Positions 31,861 to 40,173 of a DNA stretch of 52,244 bases are shown piece by piece. A program made the translations under genes and the position numbers. The stretch is from the IMG/VR virus record IMGVR_UViG_3300024992_000001. One strand, written 5' to 3'. The stretch comes from a virus. Each line of letters opens with the position of its first letter. The first letter of the stretch is position 1. Below the pieces are notes generated by a model. The model saw nothing but the letters and a program-made list of their open reading frames with translations. It made no database searches and was not told the origin of the DNA.

Positions 31861-31895
31861 GCTCACAGAGTTTTCTCTGTGAGCTTTTTGTTTTT
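31861..31895 (+). terminator. Strong intrinsic terminator 11 nt upstream of the protease/scaffold start codon
   Basis: GCTCACAGAG-tttt-CTCTGTGAGC-TTTTTGTTTTT. It is preceded by the hairpin CCTGGT-N13-ACCAGG (31819-31843). Confidence 0.8.
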
Positions 31896-31906
31896 AGAAA
31901 GAATTT

Positions 31907-34144
31907 ATGGCCGAAATTGTTGAAGCCGACCAACTCGATACCGACGAAAATCTAGAAACAGGTCAGGACCAGGAAAATACCCCGGTTCATACCGGCGTAA
32001 TGGTTGCTTTTTACCTGGAGCCCGAAGAAGCCGCAAAGCTGGCTCTGCCGGAAGGCTCGTTAGGTGCCGGTGACCAGGCCAGCGCTCCCGAAGACCTGCA
32101 TATCACGCTGGCCTATTTCGGCGATATTAATAATCACCCTCAACAAACCAAGTTAACCATGCTCTATAACCTCAAATGGTTTGCTGAGTGCTTTCGGCCT
32201 GTTAGCGGCAAGGTCTCCGGTTATGCCCTCTTCGATAGCCCGGAAGGCGAACCTAAACCTTTTGTTGCTCTTTTCGATAGTCCTGGGCTCGAATCTTTTA
32301 GAAACACCCTCAAAATGAACATGCAGTCGGAAGGAATTTACCCGGCTGCCAATCACGGTTTTACCCCTCACATCACCCTGGCTTATCTGGCCGACGGTAC
32401 CAAATTACCGGACGCGCAAATACCGGCGCTGGACCTGGATTTTGAGTCTATCAGTCTCTGCTGGGGTGAAGAGCGTTACGACTTCCCCCTGGGTACTTAC
32501 CTCAATGATGCTCAGTTCGAGCAGTATACCGTCAAAGCTTCTCAGGCTAATTATGGCGCGAAGGCCGGTCAGGCGATTGTCGGCAAGCTCACCAGGGGCG
32601 CTGACGGTAAATTTTCCAGCGGCGGGCAGTCTACTCCTGCCGGTTCCATGTCCGGCCCAAAGGGTAAAACTCCCCGGAAGACTGCTGCTACCGACGCGGC
32701 GAAAGCACAGGCTAAAGCTGACCTGGCAGCGGCCAAAGAGCAGGATAAGCAGGACGCCGCTAACGAAGCCGCTCAGAAAGCCCTGGAGAATACCGGGAAT
32801 ACCCTGGACAAATTGGGGGTAGATTCCGATATTGCCGAAGCTCTGACGGTCGGAGATTCTATCGGCGATATTTCCGGGGTTAACGAAGCTACTAAAAATA
32901 AATTGCGCGATGCTGGTATCGGCCAGGATTATCCTGACGGTACTTTTGACCTGACCCCCAATGGCCGCCGGCTGGTTAAGGCCGCTATGAAGGGTGATGT
33001 TAAAGCCGCGAAGCGGGCACTCGCAACCGGCAAACAGGTTGCCGATAAAAAAGCTGCCGTGGCGGCCAGAAAGAAAAAGAAAACTAAAAAAGAATTCGGT
33101 GAAACCCCGGTCCTGGCTACCACTTTCAAATCTTTTGTTGACGACAAAGGTCAGCGGCGCTGGCTCACCATGTCCTCTTCCGGTTTCCAGGATAAGGACA
33201 AACAATTTGTTACCACCAGGGCCCTTACCCAGGACGTAGCGCGAAGCTACAAAGAACACCCTGACAAGAATTTCGGGCCGCTCCGCTGGTGGCACGTCCC
33301 CGGTGTGGACATAGGCACCTGTGATTTCCGGGGCATGTCCGGTTCTATTTTGATTGAATCCGGCACCTTTAAGACCAAAGAAATAGCGGAAGCTATTACT
33401 TCTTACGCCGCTAAAAATCCCCTGGGCGTAAGTATCGGGTTTGAAAATTTCGTTTTTGAGCCGGACGAAACCGGCGCTTTTAACTACATCACGACCAAAG
33501 AAAGAAGCTTGCTGCCTGAAGTGAGAGCTTCTAATTGGCTTGCTCGGTTTTTTAATTTTACAAAAAAGGAAAAAGACATGTTACCGGAAAAAATCCAGGA
33601 ACTTTATAAGGCGATGGGGGGCAGCCCTGAAGCGCTCGCTCAGGTCAACGAAATCGTAAGCCTGGCTGCTCAAACCGAAAAGGCTGCTCTCGACGCCGGT
33701 CTTACTGTCAAAGAAATTCAGCAGCCTGGTGCTGCTGAAGAAGAGCAGTATATCGGGGATATGACACATAAGGAATTTCAGGACCAGGTCGGCCAGGCTG
33801 TCAAAGCTCAGATTGCTCCTTTTGCCGCTGTAATGGGCAACCTGACCGAGGCCCTCAAAGGTGTTTCGACCACGAAAGAGGCTCAGAAAACTCTGACCGA
33901 AACCATTGAAAAACAGGCTCAGACCATCAAGGAAATGCAAGGGAAGCTCGGTGAGCTTTCGGCTGAAACCCCCAGGGCCTTTAACCAGTATCGCGCTTCT
34001 CAGCAGGATACGACCGTCGATACCACGAAAACTGAAGAGACGGTTAAAAGCCAGGCCCCCGCGCCGGATTCTTATGACGCCTTCTTGAATGGAATGTTCA
34101 ATTTTGGACCTCAAACCGGGCAACCGGCTCAACCTGTTAAATAG
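31907..34144 (+). CDS. Fusion protein: N-terminal 2H phosphoesterase (LigT/CPDase-like), Lys/Ala-rich linker, HK97-type prohead protease-like domain and coiled-coil scaffold-like C-terminus (745 aa)
   Basis: Two HxTx motifs, LHITLAYF (His codon 32099-32101) and PHITLAYL (His codon 32369-32371). The protease-like region reads WWHVPGVDIGTCDF...GVSIGF...ERSLLPEVRASN. The C-terminus is helical (QKTLTETIEKQAQTIKEMQGKLGEL). It sits directly upstream of the capsid gene. Confidence 0.7.
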   Translation: MAEIVEADQLDTDENLETGQDQENTPVHTGVMVAFYLEPEEAAKLALPEGSLGAGDQASAPEDLHITLAYFGDINNHPQQTKLTMLYNLKWFAECFRPVSGKVSGYALFDSPEGEPKPFVALFDSPGLESFRNTLKMNMQSEGIYPAANHGFTPHITLAYLADGTKLPDAQIPALDLDFESISLCWGEERYDFPLGTYLNDAQFEQYTVKASQANYGAKAGQAIVGKLTRGADGKFSSGGQSTPAGSMSGPKGKTPRKTAATDAAKAQAKADLAAAKEQDKQDAANEAAQKALENTGNTLDKLGVDSDIAEALTVGDSIGDISGVNEATKNKLRDAGIGQDYPDGTFDLTPNGRRLVKAAMKGDVKAAKRALATGKQVADKKAAVAARKKKKTKKEFGETPVLATTFKSFVDDKGQRRWLTMSSSGFQDKDKQFVTTRALTQDVARSYKEHPDKNFGPLRWWHVPGVDIGTCDFRGMSGSILIESGTFKTKEIAEAITSYAAKNPLGVSIGFENFVFEPDETGAFNYITTKERSLLPEVRASNWLARFFNFTKKEKDMLPEKIQELYKAMGGSPEALAQVNEIVSLAAQTEKAALDAGLTVKEIQQPGAAEEEQYIGDMTHKEFQDQVGQAVKAQIAPFAAVMGNLTEALKGVSTTKEAQKTLTETIEKQAQTIKEMQGKLGELSAETPRAFNQYRASQQDTTVDTTKTEETVKSQAPAPDSYDAFLNGMFNFGPQTGQPAQPVK

Positions 34145-34189
34145 CAGGCTTTGTTTTAGTTTTTTACCTTCCTGAAAGGAAATTCAGAA

Positions 34190-35659
34190 ATGCCTACAGC
34201 AGAAATTGATTACGACAAGCTTGCTGCCAGAGTGGTACAAAATCTCATAAAAGGTCAGTCCGAAAAGGCAGTCAGCTCTACCCCGAACTATACCTACGGC
34301 TATAGCGCCGGTGGTCTTTTTGCTACTCCCGGTCTTCGAAGCCCTGTCTTCTCGGCGCTCATGCTGCCGGTCTTCGGTCTTCAATCCCGGTTACCTGCTA
34401 AAGCGGCCAGCGAAACCAACCCGCTCTTCGGGATTATCTCCGGGGTTGGAGCGGCTACCGGGTCTAACCCGGTCGGCGTTTGTGACGACCCGAAGACTGC
34501 CGGGCTCACGACCATCTGTACCCGTTCGGCGGTCTTTGGCCGGTTGAGCCTGCAAACTCCGGTTATCGACATTGACAAAATCGGTAAGAAGGTTAACCAG
34601 GCGGTTAATTCCGACCTGACCATCCTGAACAACCCGACCTCTTCGCCTAACAGCTTCATGCCGACCGCTCCGGCTGGCATGGGGGCGGTCCAGAACGCTG
34701 TTAAATCTGAAATCGGCAAAATCCTTTTTGAATTCGGTGTTGCCTGGAGCCGGGAATTTGGCAAGCTTCTTTACACCGGTAACCCCTCGAACAACACTTC
34801 CGGCGGCGGTTACAAGGAATTTTGGGGTCTTGACGGCCAGATTAACACCGGGCTTTCGGACGCGGTAACCGGTTCGCCCTGCGCGGCTGTGGACTCCATG
34901 ATTGTCGATTTCCAGTCGGCTAACATCTCCACGAACCAGACTGCCTCGGCCAACATTATCAAATACGTTGTCGGGGTTATGCGGAACCTCAAGTACATCG
35001 CTCGCCGGACCGGCCTGGAGCCTGTTAAATGGGTGCTTGCCGGGCCGGACCAGTTGTTCTATGAGTTGACCGCAAGCTGGCCCTGCAACTACCTGACCAA
35101 CCAGTGTCAGACAGCGGTCGGCACGACCCAGAGCCCGAACGTCTCGATTCAGGTTACCGGGGCCGACGCGGTGAAAATGCGCGATGACATGCGGAGCGGA
35201 AATTTCCTCTGGGTTGACGGCCAGCAGGTCGAATTTGTGATTGACGAGGCGATTGCTATCAGCACTTCCGATAACATCGCTTACACTTCCAGCCTTTACT
35301 TCGTTCCCCTGACCGTCCTGGGCGGTACCGAAGTGACTTACTTCGAGTATTTCGATTACAGCATGAACGGCGGCAGCCTGGAAGCGGCCAAAGTGCTGGC
35401 TCCTGACGGTATGTACTCGGTTTCGGACGGCGGTCGTTTCCTCTGGCACAAGAAGCCGCCGACCAATTTCTGCGTGCAAATGTTGGCGAAGACCGAGCCC
35501 CGCCTTCTCTGCCTTACTCCTTTCTTGGCAGCTCGGATTATCAATATTCAGTACACGCCGGTATTCATTACTCGATCGGCCTGGCCGGGTGACCCGAACT
35601 ATGTTGCGGGCGGTGTTACCAGCGCGGTTACCGACTGGCTCAACTTCGTTACTCCGTAA
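34190..35659 (+). CDS. Putative major capsid protein (489 aa)
   Basis: It immediately follows the protease/scaffold gene and is followed by a 13-bp-stem hairpin. No motif-level proof. Confidence 0.6.
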   Translation: MPTAEIDYDKLAARVVQNLIKGQSEKAVSSTPNYTYGYSAGGLFATPGLRSPVFSALMLPVFGLQSRLPAKAASETNPLFGIISGVGAATGSNPVGVCDDPKTAGLTTICTRSAVFGRLSLQTPVIDIDKIGKKVNQAVNSDLTILNNPTSSPNSFMPTAPAGMGAVQNAVKSEIGKILFEFGVAWSREFGKLLYTGNPSNNTSGGGYKEFWGLDGQINTGLSDAVTGSPCAAVDSMIVDFQSANISTNQTASANIIKYVVGVMRNLKYIARRTGLEPVKWVLAGPDQLFYELTASWPCNYLTNQCQTAVGTTQSPNVSIQVTGADAVKMRDDMRSGNFLWVDGQQVEFVIDEAIAISTSDNIAYTSSLYFVPLTVLGGTEVTYFEYFDYSMNGGSLEAAKVLAPDGMYSVSDGGRFLWHKKPPTNFCVQMLAKTEPRLLCLTPFLAARIINIQYTPVFITRSAWPGDPNYVAGGVTSAVTDWLNFVTP

Positions 35660-35673
35660 TCTTTCGTTCCGGT

Positions 35674-35703
35674 TGAGCAGCAGGAGAATTCTCCTGCTGC
35701 TCA
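35674..35703 (+). terminator. 30-bp perfect palindrome after the capsid gene (hairpin; terminator or mRNA stabiliser, no T-run)
   Basis: TGAGCAGCAGGAG-AATT-CTCCTGCTGCTCA. Confidence 0.5.
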
Positions 35704-35749
35704 AAGTTAGATGACAGTTAATTTTTATTGATTAAGAAAGGCTAAATCA

Positions 35750-36265
35750 ATGGCCTGTAGCAGTTGCGGGGGTAGTCCCCTGTTGCAGATGGGAGATGCT
35801 TTAACTATGGCACGTCAAGCAGATGACCCGGTGACTCCCGGTACGACCCGTTTCGAATATGTTGGCCCTTTCGCCGGCGGTGTTTCTTACACGAACCCGC
35901 AAACTGGCCGGACCTATGTCGGCGGCAATAACAGCCGGGATAAATTCATTGATGTCTACAAAGAAGACGTCGACTATATCCAGGCTCGCGGCGTGTTCAA
36001 GCTCATTGAAATCCCGGCTTCGGAAACCATGACCGTTGCTGAAAAAGAAGCTTTGACGCCGCGTGACCCCAAAGCCAACACGACCCTGGAAGACCTGGAC
36101 TTGCCGCCGGACCCTGATGCCGAACCGGCCCAGGAGCAAGCTGCTGTCGAACCGGTAGCCGAACAACCGGCCCAGGAAGAAGCGGTCGTGGACCCAGAAC
36201 CGGTCCAGGACCAGGCAGCCCAGGAGCAACCGGTCCAGGAGAAGACTTCCAAGTCTAAAAAATAA
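35750..36265 (+). CDS. Hypothetical protein with an acidic Pro/Glu/Gln-rich repeat tail (171 aa)
   Basis: N-terminal CSSCGG. The C-terminus reads EPAQEQAAVEPVAEQPAQEEAVVDPEPVQDQAAQEQPVQE. Confidence 0.55.
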   Translation: MACSSCGGSPLLQMGDALTMARQADDPVTPGTTRFEYVGPFAGGVSYTNPQTGRTYVGGNNSRDKFIDVYKEDVDYIQARGVFKLIEIPASETMTVAEKEALTPRDPKANTTLEDLDLPPDPDAEPAQEQAAVEPVAEQPAQEEAVVDPEPVQDQAAQEQPVQEKTSKSKK

Positions 36266-36567
36266 TGCCTGACCTTCTCCTTCTGTTTCTCCTCGTTTCG
36301 GGTATCTATAGCCTGGCCTGTATGGTCGCTAAAGAAGAAGGCCCCTTCAGCATTTTTGTAAAGCTAAGGGGCCTTGACCCGGAGCAAAAGACTTGGCCGG
36401 GCCGCCTGGTCACCTGTCCTTTTTGTTTATCGGTCTGGTTCGCAATCCCCGCCGCGCTCCTGTGGTACCTGAGAGTTTTTGAAAGCCGGGAAGCGGTAGC
36501 AGTCCTTTTAATTTTCAGTATCAGCGGAGTAATTCTCGCGCTGTTGAGACTTTTCGGGCAAAGATGA
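36265..36567 (+). CDS. Small integral membrane protein (DUF1360-like) inside the structural module (100 aa)
   Basis: About three hydrophobic segments, with CPFCLSVWFA. TAATG/ATGA coupling on both sides. Confidence 0.55.
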   Translation: MPDLLLLFLLVSGIYSLACMVAKEEGPFSIFVKLRGLDPEQKTWPGRLVTCPFCLSVWFAIPAALLWYLRVFESREAVAVLLIFSISGVILALLRLFGQR

Positions 36568-37745
36568 ATTTGTTAGCACTCGACGATTTTAGAAAAATAA
36601 TAGGGCATGACCCCTATCATTTCTGGCAGCTTTCCAGTGAAAAGTGGCCGTCTACTTCGTCATGCGACAGTATTTTGAGAAAATATCGCTGGCAAAATGC
36701 CCAGGCTATAGGGCGCTTTGAAATCGAGCAGGCTATTAACCAGGCTGAAACCGACCTGGTTAATTACCTGGGTTTTTACCCTGGGCCGCTCTACCAGACC
36801 GTTAAATTACCGCTCGGTTGCCCGGTCCACCGGCTTAATTATTTTAATCTCTATTCTTACCAGCGCCGGTATTCCAATGAATTAAAGCTGGGTATCGGTA
36901 AGCTTGTTTCCGTTTGCACCGTTACTCGGCAACTCCTGGGTAACTATAAGGTTCAGTACAGCGATAAAAACGGCGATAGCCTGAACGATTACTTCAAGAT
37001 TGATTTTTCCGATTCTACTTCGGACCCGGCTGACCTGGAAGCTTATTTTACGGGCGCTGACCAGCTTCCCCTTGACGATAGCGACGCCGATTACCAGGTC
37101 CGACCGGTCCGGTTTTACCGGCTCAACCCTACCACTATTCGGCTCGAAGGTTTTAACTGGCTCCTGGTCAAACCGGCTTTTTACGAAAACACTATCTATC
37201 CCGGTTTTGACCCTAGTATTTCAGGCACCAATACTTCCGGGGCGCTGGAAGTCAGCGATAACCTGAACTTTGTATCCACGCTCGATATTTATAAAAAAGT
37301 TTACTCGAATACAAACAAGGTTACTCTGACTGTTACCGATTTTTCCGGTAACTCTACTGTCAGCACCTTTAATGTCGCAATTCATGACCCTGACTTGGGC
37401 CTTATCCAGGTTAACCAGGCTTGCTTTGACGCGGCCCCGGTCTGTTATTGCTCGGTTTCTTCGGCCTTTTATACGGTTAATTTTATTTCGGGTGACGACC
37501 TCAATAAGTGGAAAGCCACAATAGCCCGGCTGGCTCTGGCCGATATTGCCGCGCCGCTCTGCCCGTGTGAAAGCCTGGAAGTAGAACACTGGCAGAATGA
37601 CCGGGCGGTTACCGGTAACGGCCAGGGCGGGTTTTCCAGGATTGATAACGACGACCTTAAAAACCCGTTCGGTACCAGGGAAGGCCAGATAGCGGCCTGG
37701 CACCAGGTAAAAAATCAAAGAATTCTAGGTGGTTTAGGCAATTAG
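36564..37745 (+). CDS. Hypothetical structural protein (393 aa)
   Basis: ORF track. It lies between the capsid and tail-tube genes. Confidence 0.55.
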   Translation: MNLLALDDFRKIIGHDPYHFWQLSSEKWPSTSSCDSILRKYRWQNAQAIGRFEIEQAINQAETDLVNYLGFYPGPLYQTVKLPLGCPVHRLNYFNLYSYQRRYSNELKLGIGKLVSVCTVTRQLLGNYKVQYSDKNGDSLNDYFKIDFSDSTSDPADLEAYFTGADQLPLDDSDADYQVRPVRFYRLNPTTIRLEGFNWLLVKPAFYENTIYPGFDPSISGTNTSGALEVSDNLNFVSTLDIYKKVYSNTNKVTLTVTDFSGNSTVSTFNVAIHDPDLGLIQVNQACFDAAPVCYCSVSSAFYTVNFISGDDLNKWKATIARLALADIAAPLCPCESLEVEHWQNDRAVTGNGQGGFSRIDNDDLKNPFGTREGQIAAWHQVKNQRILGGLGN

Positions 37746-37768
37746 TTACTTCGAAGGAAGGTTAAAAA

Positions 37769-39343
37769 ATGGGAATTGGTACTGCTGAACAGCACAACAC
37801 ACAACAGCATCTAAGAGCCTTTTACCAGCCTGGCGGCCCTGGTCCTGAACAGGCTCGGCTTTTCGGCGGCTCTGATATGAGCTACATTCAGATTGAAGGC
37901 GCCGGAATTGAACTCCTGGGGGACGTTAACGCCTCTTTTATGAACGACCCGCGCCGGGTCGGCCAGTATACGCCTACGGCCATTATGACGACCGCGCCGA
38001 GCCTGCCGACCGCTACCGTTACTTTCTCCGAAAGAAAAGGCGGTATCCCCCGGCAGCTCATGGGTTTTGGCTGCAAAGCCAATTTCTATGAACTGGTCGG
38101 CACCTGCAAAGACCCCGGTGACTTCCTGCGCGGCTGGTCCGAGTACGTGATGATTTACAGCCAGGGCACCGTCAAAAAGGTTGACCTGGGTGATCGGACC
38201 AGTTTCGAAGGTAACGACCGGCTGGAAGGCTCGCTGGACATTACCTGGGGGCGGAACCCGTACCCTGTGGGTGTTTTGAATTTCGGCCCGGCGGGTATCG
38301 GCACCGTAACCGCTATCAAGGTTGAAGATATTTGCTACGGTTCTCAAATTCAGTGTGACGCGAACTGCGGTATCTCGAACGACGGCAGCCGGTTCATTTA
38401 CGCGGCGGTTGACGGCGCTGCCGCCGCGAAGCCGATTGTGGTCTATTCGACCGATTACGGCGCAAACTGGACCCAGTATATCTTGACCCTGGGCGCGAAC
38501 GCCGAAATCCCTTCGGCTATTGACGTTGTTGGTTCTTACCTGGTCGTTGTGACGAAGACCGCCGGCGGTGCGAACCAGGGCGGCTATTATTACACCGATA
38601 TTAACAACAATACCGGTGTTCCGAACTCGGCCAACTGGGCCAAAGTTACGACCGGCTTTATCAACCTGGCAAGCCGGGCCCCGAACGATATTTATGTAGC
38701 CAATACTAATGAAGTCTATTTTGCGGCTGACGGCGGCTACATTTACAAGAGCACCGATATTACCCAGGGCGTTGTTGTAAACAACGCCGGGGCAACCGTC
38801 ACCACGAACCTGCTCAGAATTCGCGGCCTGGACAATACCATTATCGCAACCGGCTCCACTTCGGCGGTAATCGTCACTTATAACTCCGGTAAAGTCTGGG
38901 GTGTTCCGACTACCAGCCCCACGACCGGCCCGGTCGGCGTTCAGGCGGTAGCGCTGCAAAATCCTTCTTTCTGGTGGGTAGGTACCGACGACGGTCGGCT
39001 TTTCTATACTGTAAACCGGGGTGAGACCTGGGTCCAGAAGCGTTTTTCTGGAGACGGCGCGGGCCAGGTCCGGGACATTGTCTGGGCTACTCCCGAAGTC
39101 GGTTATTTCTCGCACTCAACGACAGCTCCGGCTGCTCGCATTTTCTCGACTTATGACGGCGGCTTTAGCTGGACCAATATTGCACCACGCATTAATGCTT
39201 TCGGCACTATGGCGAACGCGTACCGCCTGAATGTGCCTGTTTACGCAACTGACCCGATAGCGGCTAATAACCTGGCCGTTGCCGGAGTCGCTGCGAACGG
39301 GACTGACGGCATGGTCTATATGGGCTCGGCTGGCCTAATTTAA
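37769..39343 (+). CDS. Putative major tail (tube) protein with a C-terminal BNR/Asp-box beta-propeller (524 aa)
   Basis: It sits directly upstream of the chaperone pair and the tape measure. Asp-box-like repeats are YSTDYGANWTQ, VTYNSGKVWGV, YTVNRGETWVQ and FSTYDGGFSWTN. Confidence 0.5.
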   Translation: MGIGTAEQHNTQQHLRAFYQPGGPGPEQARLFGGSDMSYIQIEGAGIELLGDVNASFMNDPRRVGQYTPTAIMTTAPSLPTATVTFSERKGGIPRQLMGFGCKANFYELVGTCKDPGDFLRGWSEYVMIYSQGTVKKVDLGDRTSFEGNDRLEGSLDITWGRNPYPVGVLNFGPAGIGTVTAIKVEDICYGSQIQCDANCGISNDGSRFIYAAVDGAAAAKPIVVYSTDYGANWTQYILTLGANAEIPSAIDVVGSYLVVVTKTAGGANQGGYYYTDINNNTGVPNSANWAKVTTGFINLASRAPNDIYVANTNEVYFAADGGYIYKSTDITQGVVVNNAGATVTTNLLRIRGLDNTIIATGSTSAVIVTYNSGKVWGVPTTSPTTGPVGVQAVALQNPSFWWVGTDDGRLFYTVNRGETWVQKRFSGDGAGQVRDIVWATPEVGYFSHSTTAPAARIFSTYDGGFSWTNIAPRINAFGTMANAYRLNVPVYATDPIAANNLAVAGVAANGTDGMVYMGSAGLI

Positions 39344-39404
39344 TAGCTTGATACGCCTGACCTGGCAGCTAAGCTGCCAGGTCTACTTGCTTAGGAGATG
39401 ACAG

Positions 39405-39956
39405 ATGACACAGGAAACCCCTTCTGCCAATAAACCGCTTATTGGCAATCTTTTTATTCGCAACGGTAAATCCTATTTCCGCTTTGCCAAAGGTGTTGAA
39501 GTTCGGATTAAACCGGTCAGCCCGGCTTTAGTCCAGGAAGTCCAACGCGCAAACCCCCGGCCAGCTCCCCCGCTCCGTCAGATTGCCGTCGGTGACGGCA
39601 CTTTCATGGAAGAAGAAAACGAATCCGACCCGGATTACCGGGAAAAATTCAAAGCCTGGTCAATGAAATCCGAAGACGATTTCGCGGACCTGCTTTTAGA
39701 ACTCGGCGTTGAACTGGTCACGCCCATAGACCAGCAGGCTGTGGACGCTATCAAAATTTTTATGTTGAAGCGGTTCGCGGTTGACCTTACTCAAAAAGGT
39801 GACGGCTCTGACCGGTATATCTATGTCCGGTATGTTCTCCCTGAAAGCGAAGCCGAGTTGCAAGCTCTTACTCAGGCTCTTATGGGTCGGAGTAAGCCGG
39901 ACGAAGGAGCGATAGCGCAAGCTATCGAGAATTTTTCAGGCAACATTCAAGGGTAA
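39405..39956 (+). CDS. Putative tail assembly chaperone (G-like, 183 aa)
   Basis: Position immediately upstream of the tape measure. AGGAG RBS. Confidence 0.55.
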   Translation: MTQETPSANKPLIGNLFIRNGKSYFRFAKGVEVRIKPVSPALVQEVQRANPRPAPPLRQIAVGDGTFMEEENESDPDYREKFKAWSMKSEDDFADLLLELGVELVTPIDQQAVDAIKIFMLKRFAVDLTQKGDGSDRYIYVRYVLPESEAELQALTQALMGRSKPDEGAIAQAIENFSGNIQG

Positions 39957-39972
39957 GGACATATTCAAGTAT

Positions 39973-40173
39973 GTGCTCCCCCGGTCCGGTTTCAGGTTTA
40001 ATCCACAGCTCGATTATGACCTGGCCGCGCATTGGTGGGGGTACAAACTTGAAGAGTTCTGGGAGCTCTTACCTGATGAACAGGCGTACAGGGTAGCCGT
40101 TTACCGGATAGAGCGACAAATGGAAGCCGTTCTGGCCTGGCAAAAGGCTAAAAGAAGGAAACCCGGAAGTTAA
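39973..40173 (+). CDS. Putative T-like chaperone extension (66 aa if GTG-initiated; may instead be reached by a +1 shift from 39405-39956)
   Basis: No RBS. Its frame is open back to 39916 and overlaps the end of the G-like ORF, which contains a U5 tract (39932-39936). Confidence 0.45.
   Translation: MLPRSGFRFNPQLDYDLAAHWWGYKLEEFWELLPDEQAYRVAVYRIERQMEAVLAWQKAKRRKPGS

Noticed and set aside
34391-35704. 437-aa minus-strand ORF antisense to the capsid gene. Similar long antisense ORFs lie at 37811-39115, 32405-33295, 22909-23610, 9539-10123, 13117-13710 and 49767-50342.
   Set aside because: Each lies wholly inside a well-supported + strand gene, lacks an RBS and encodes Arg/Gly/Pro-rich low-complexity sequence. 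That is typical of the antisense frame of moderately GC-rich genes.
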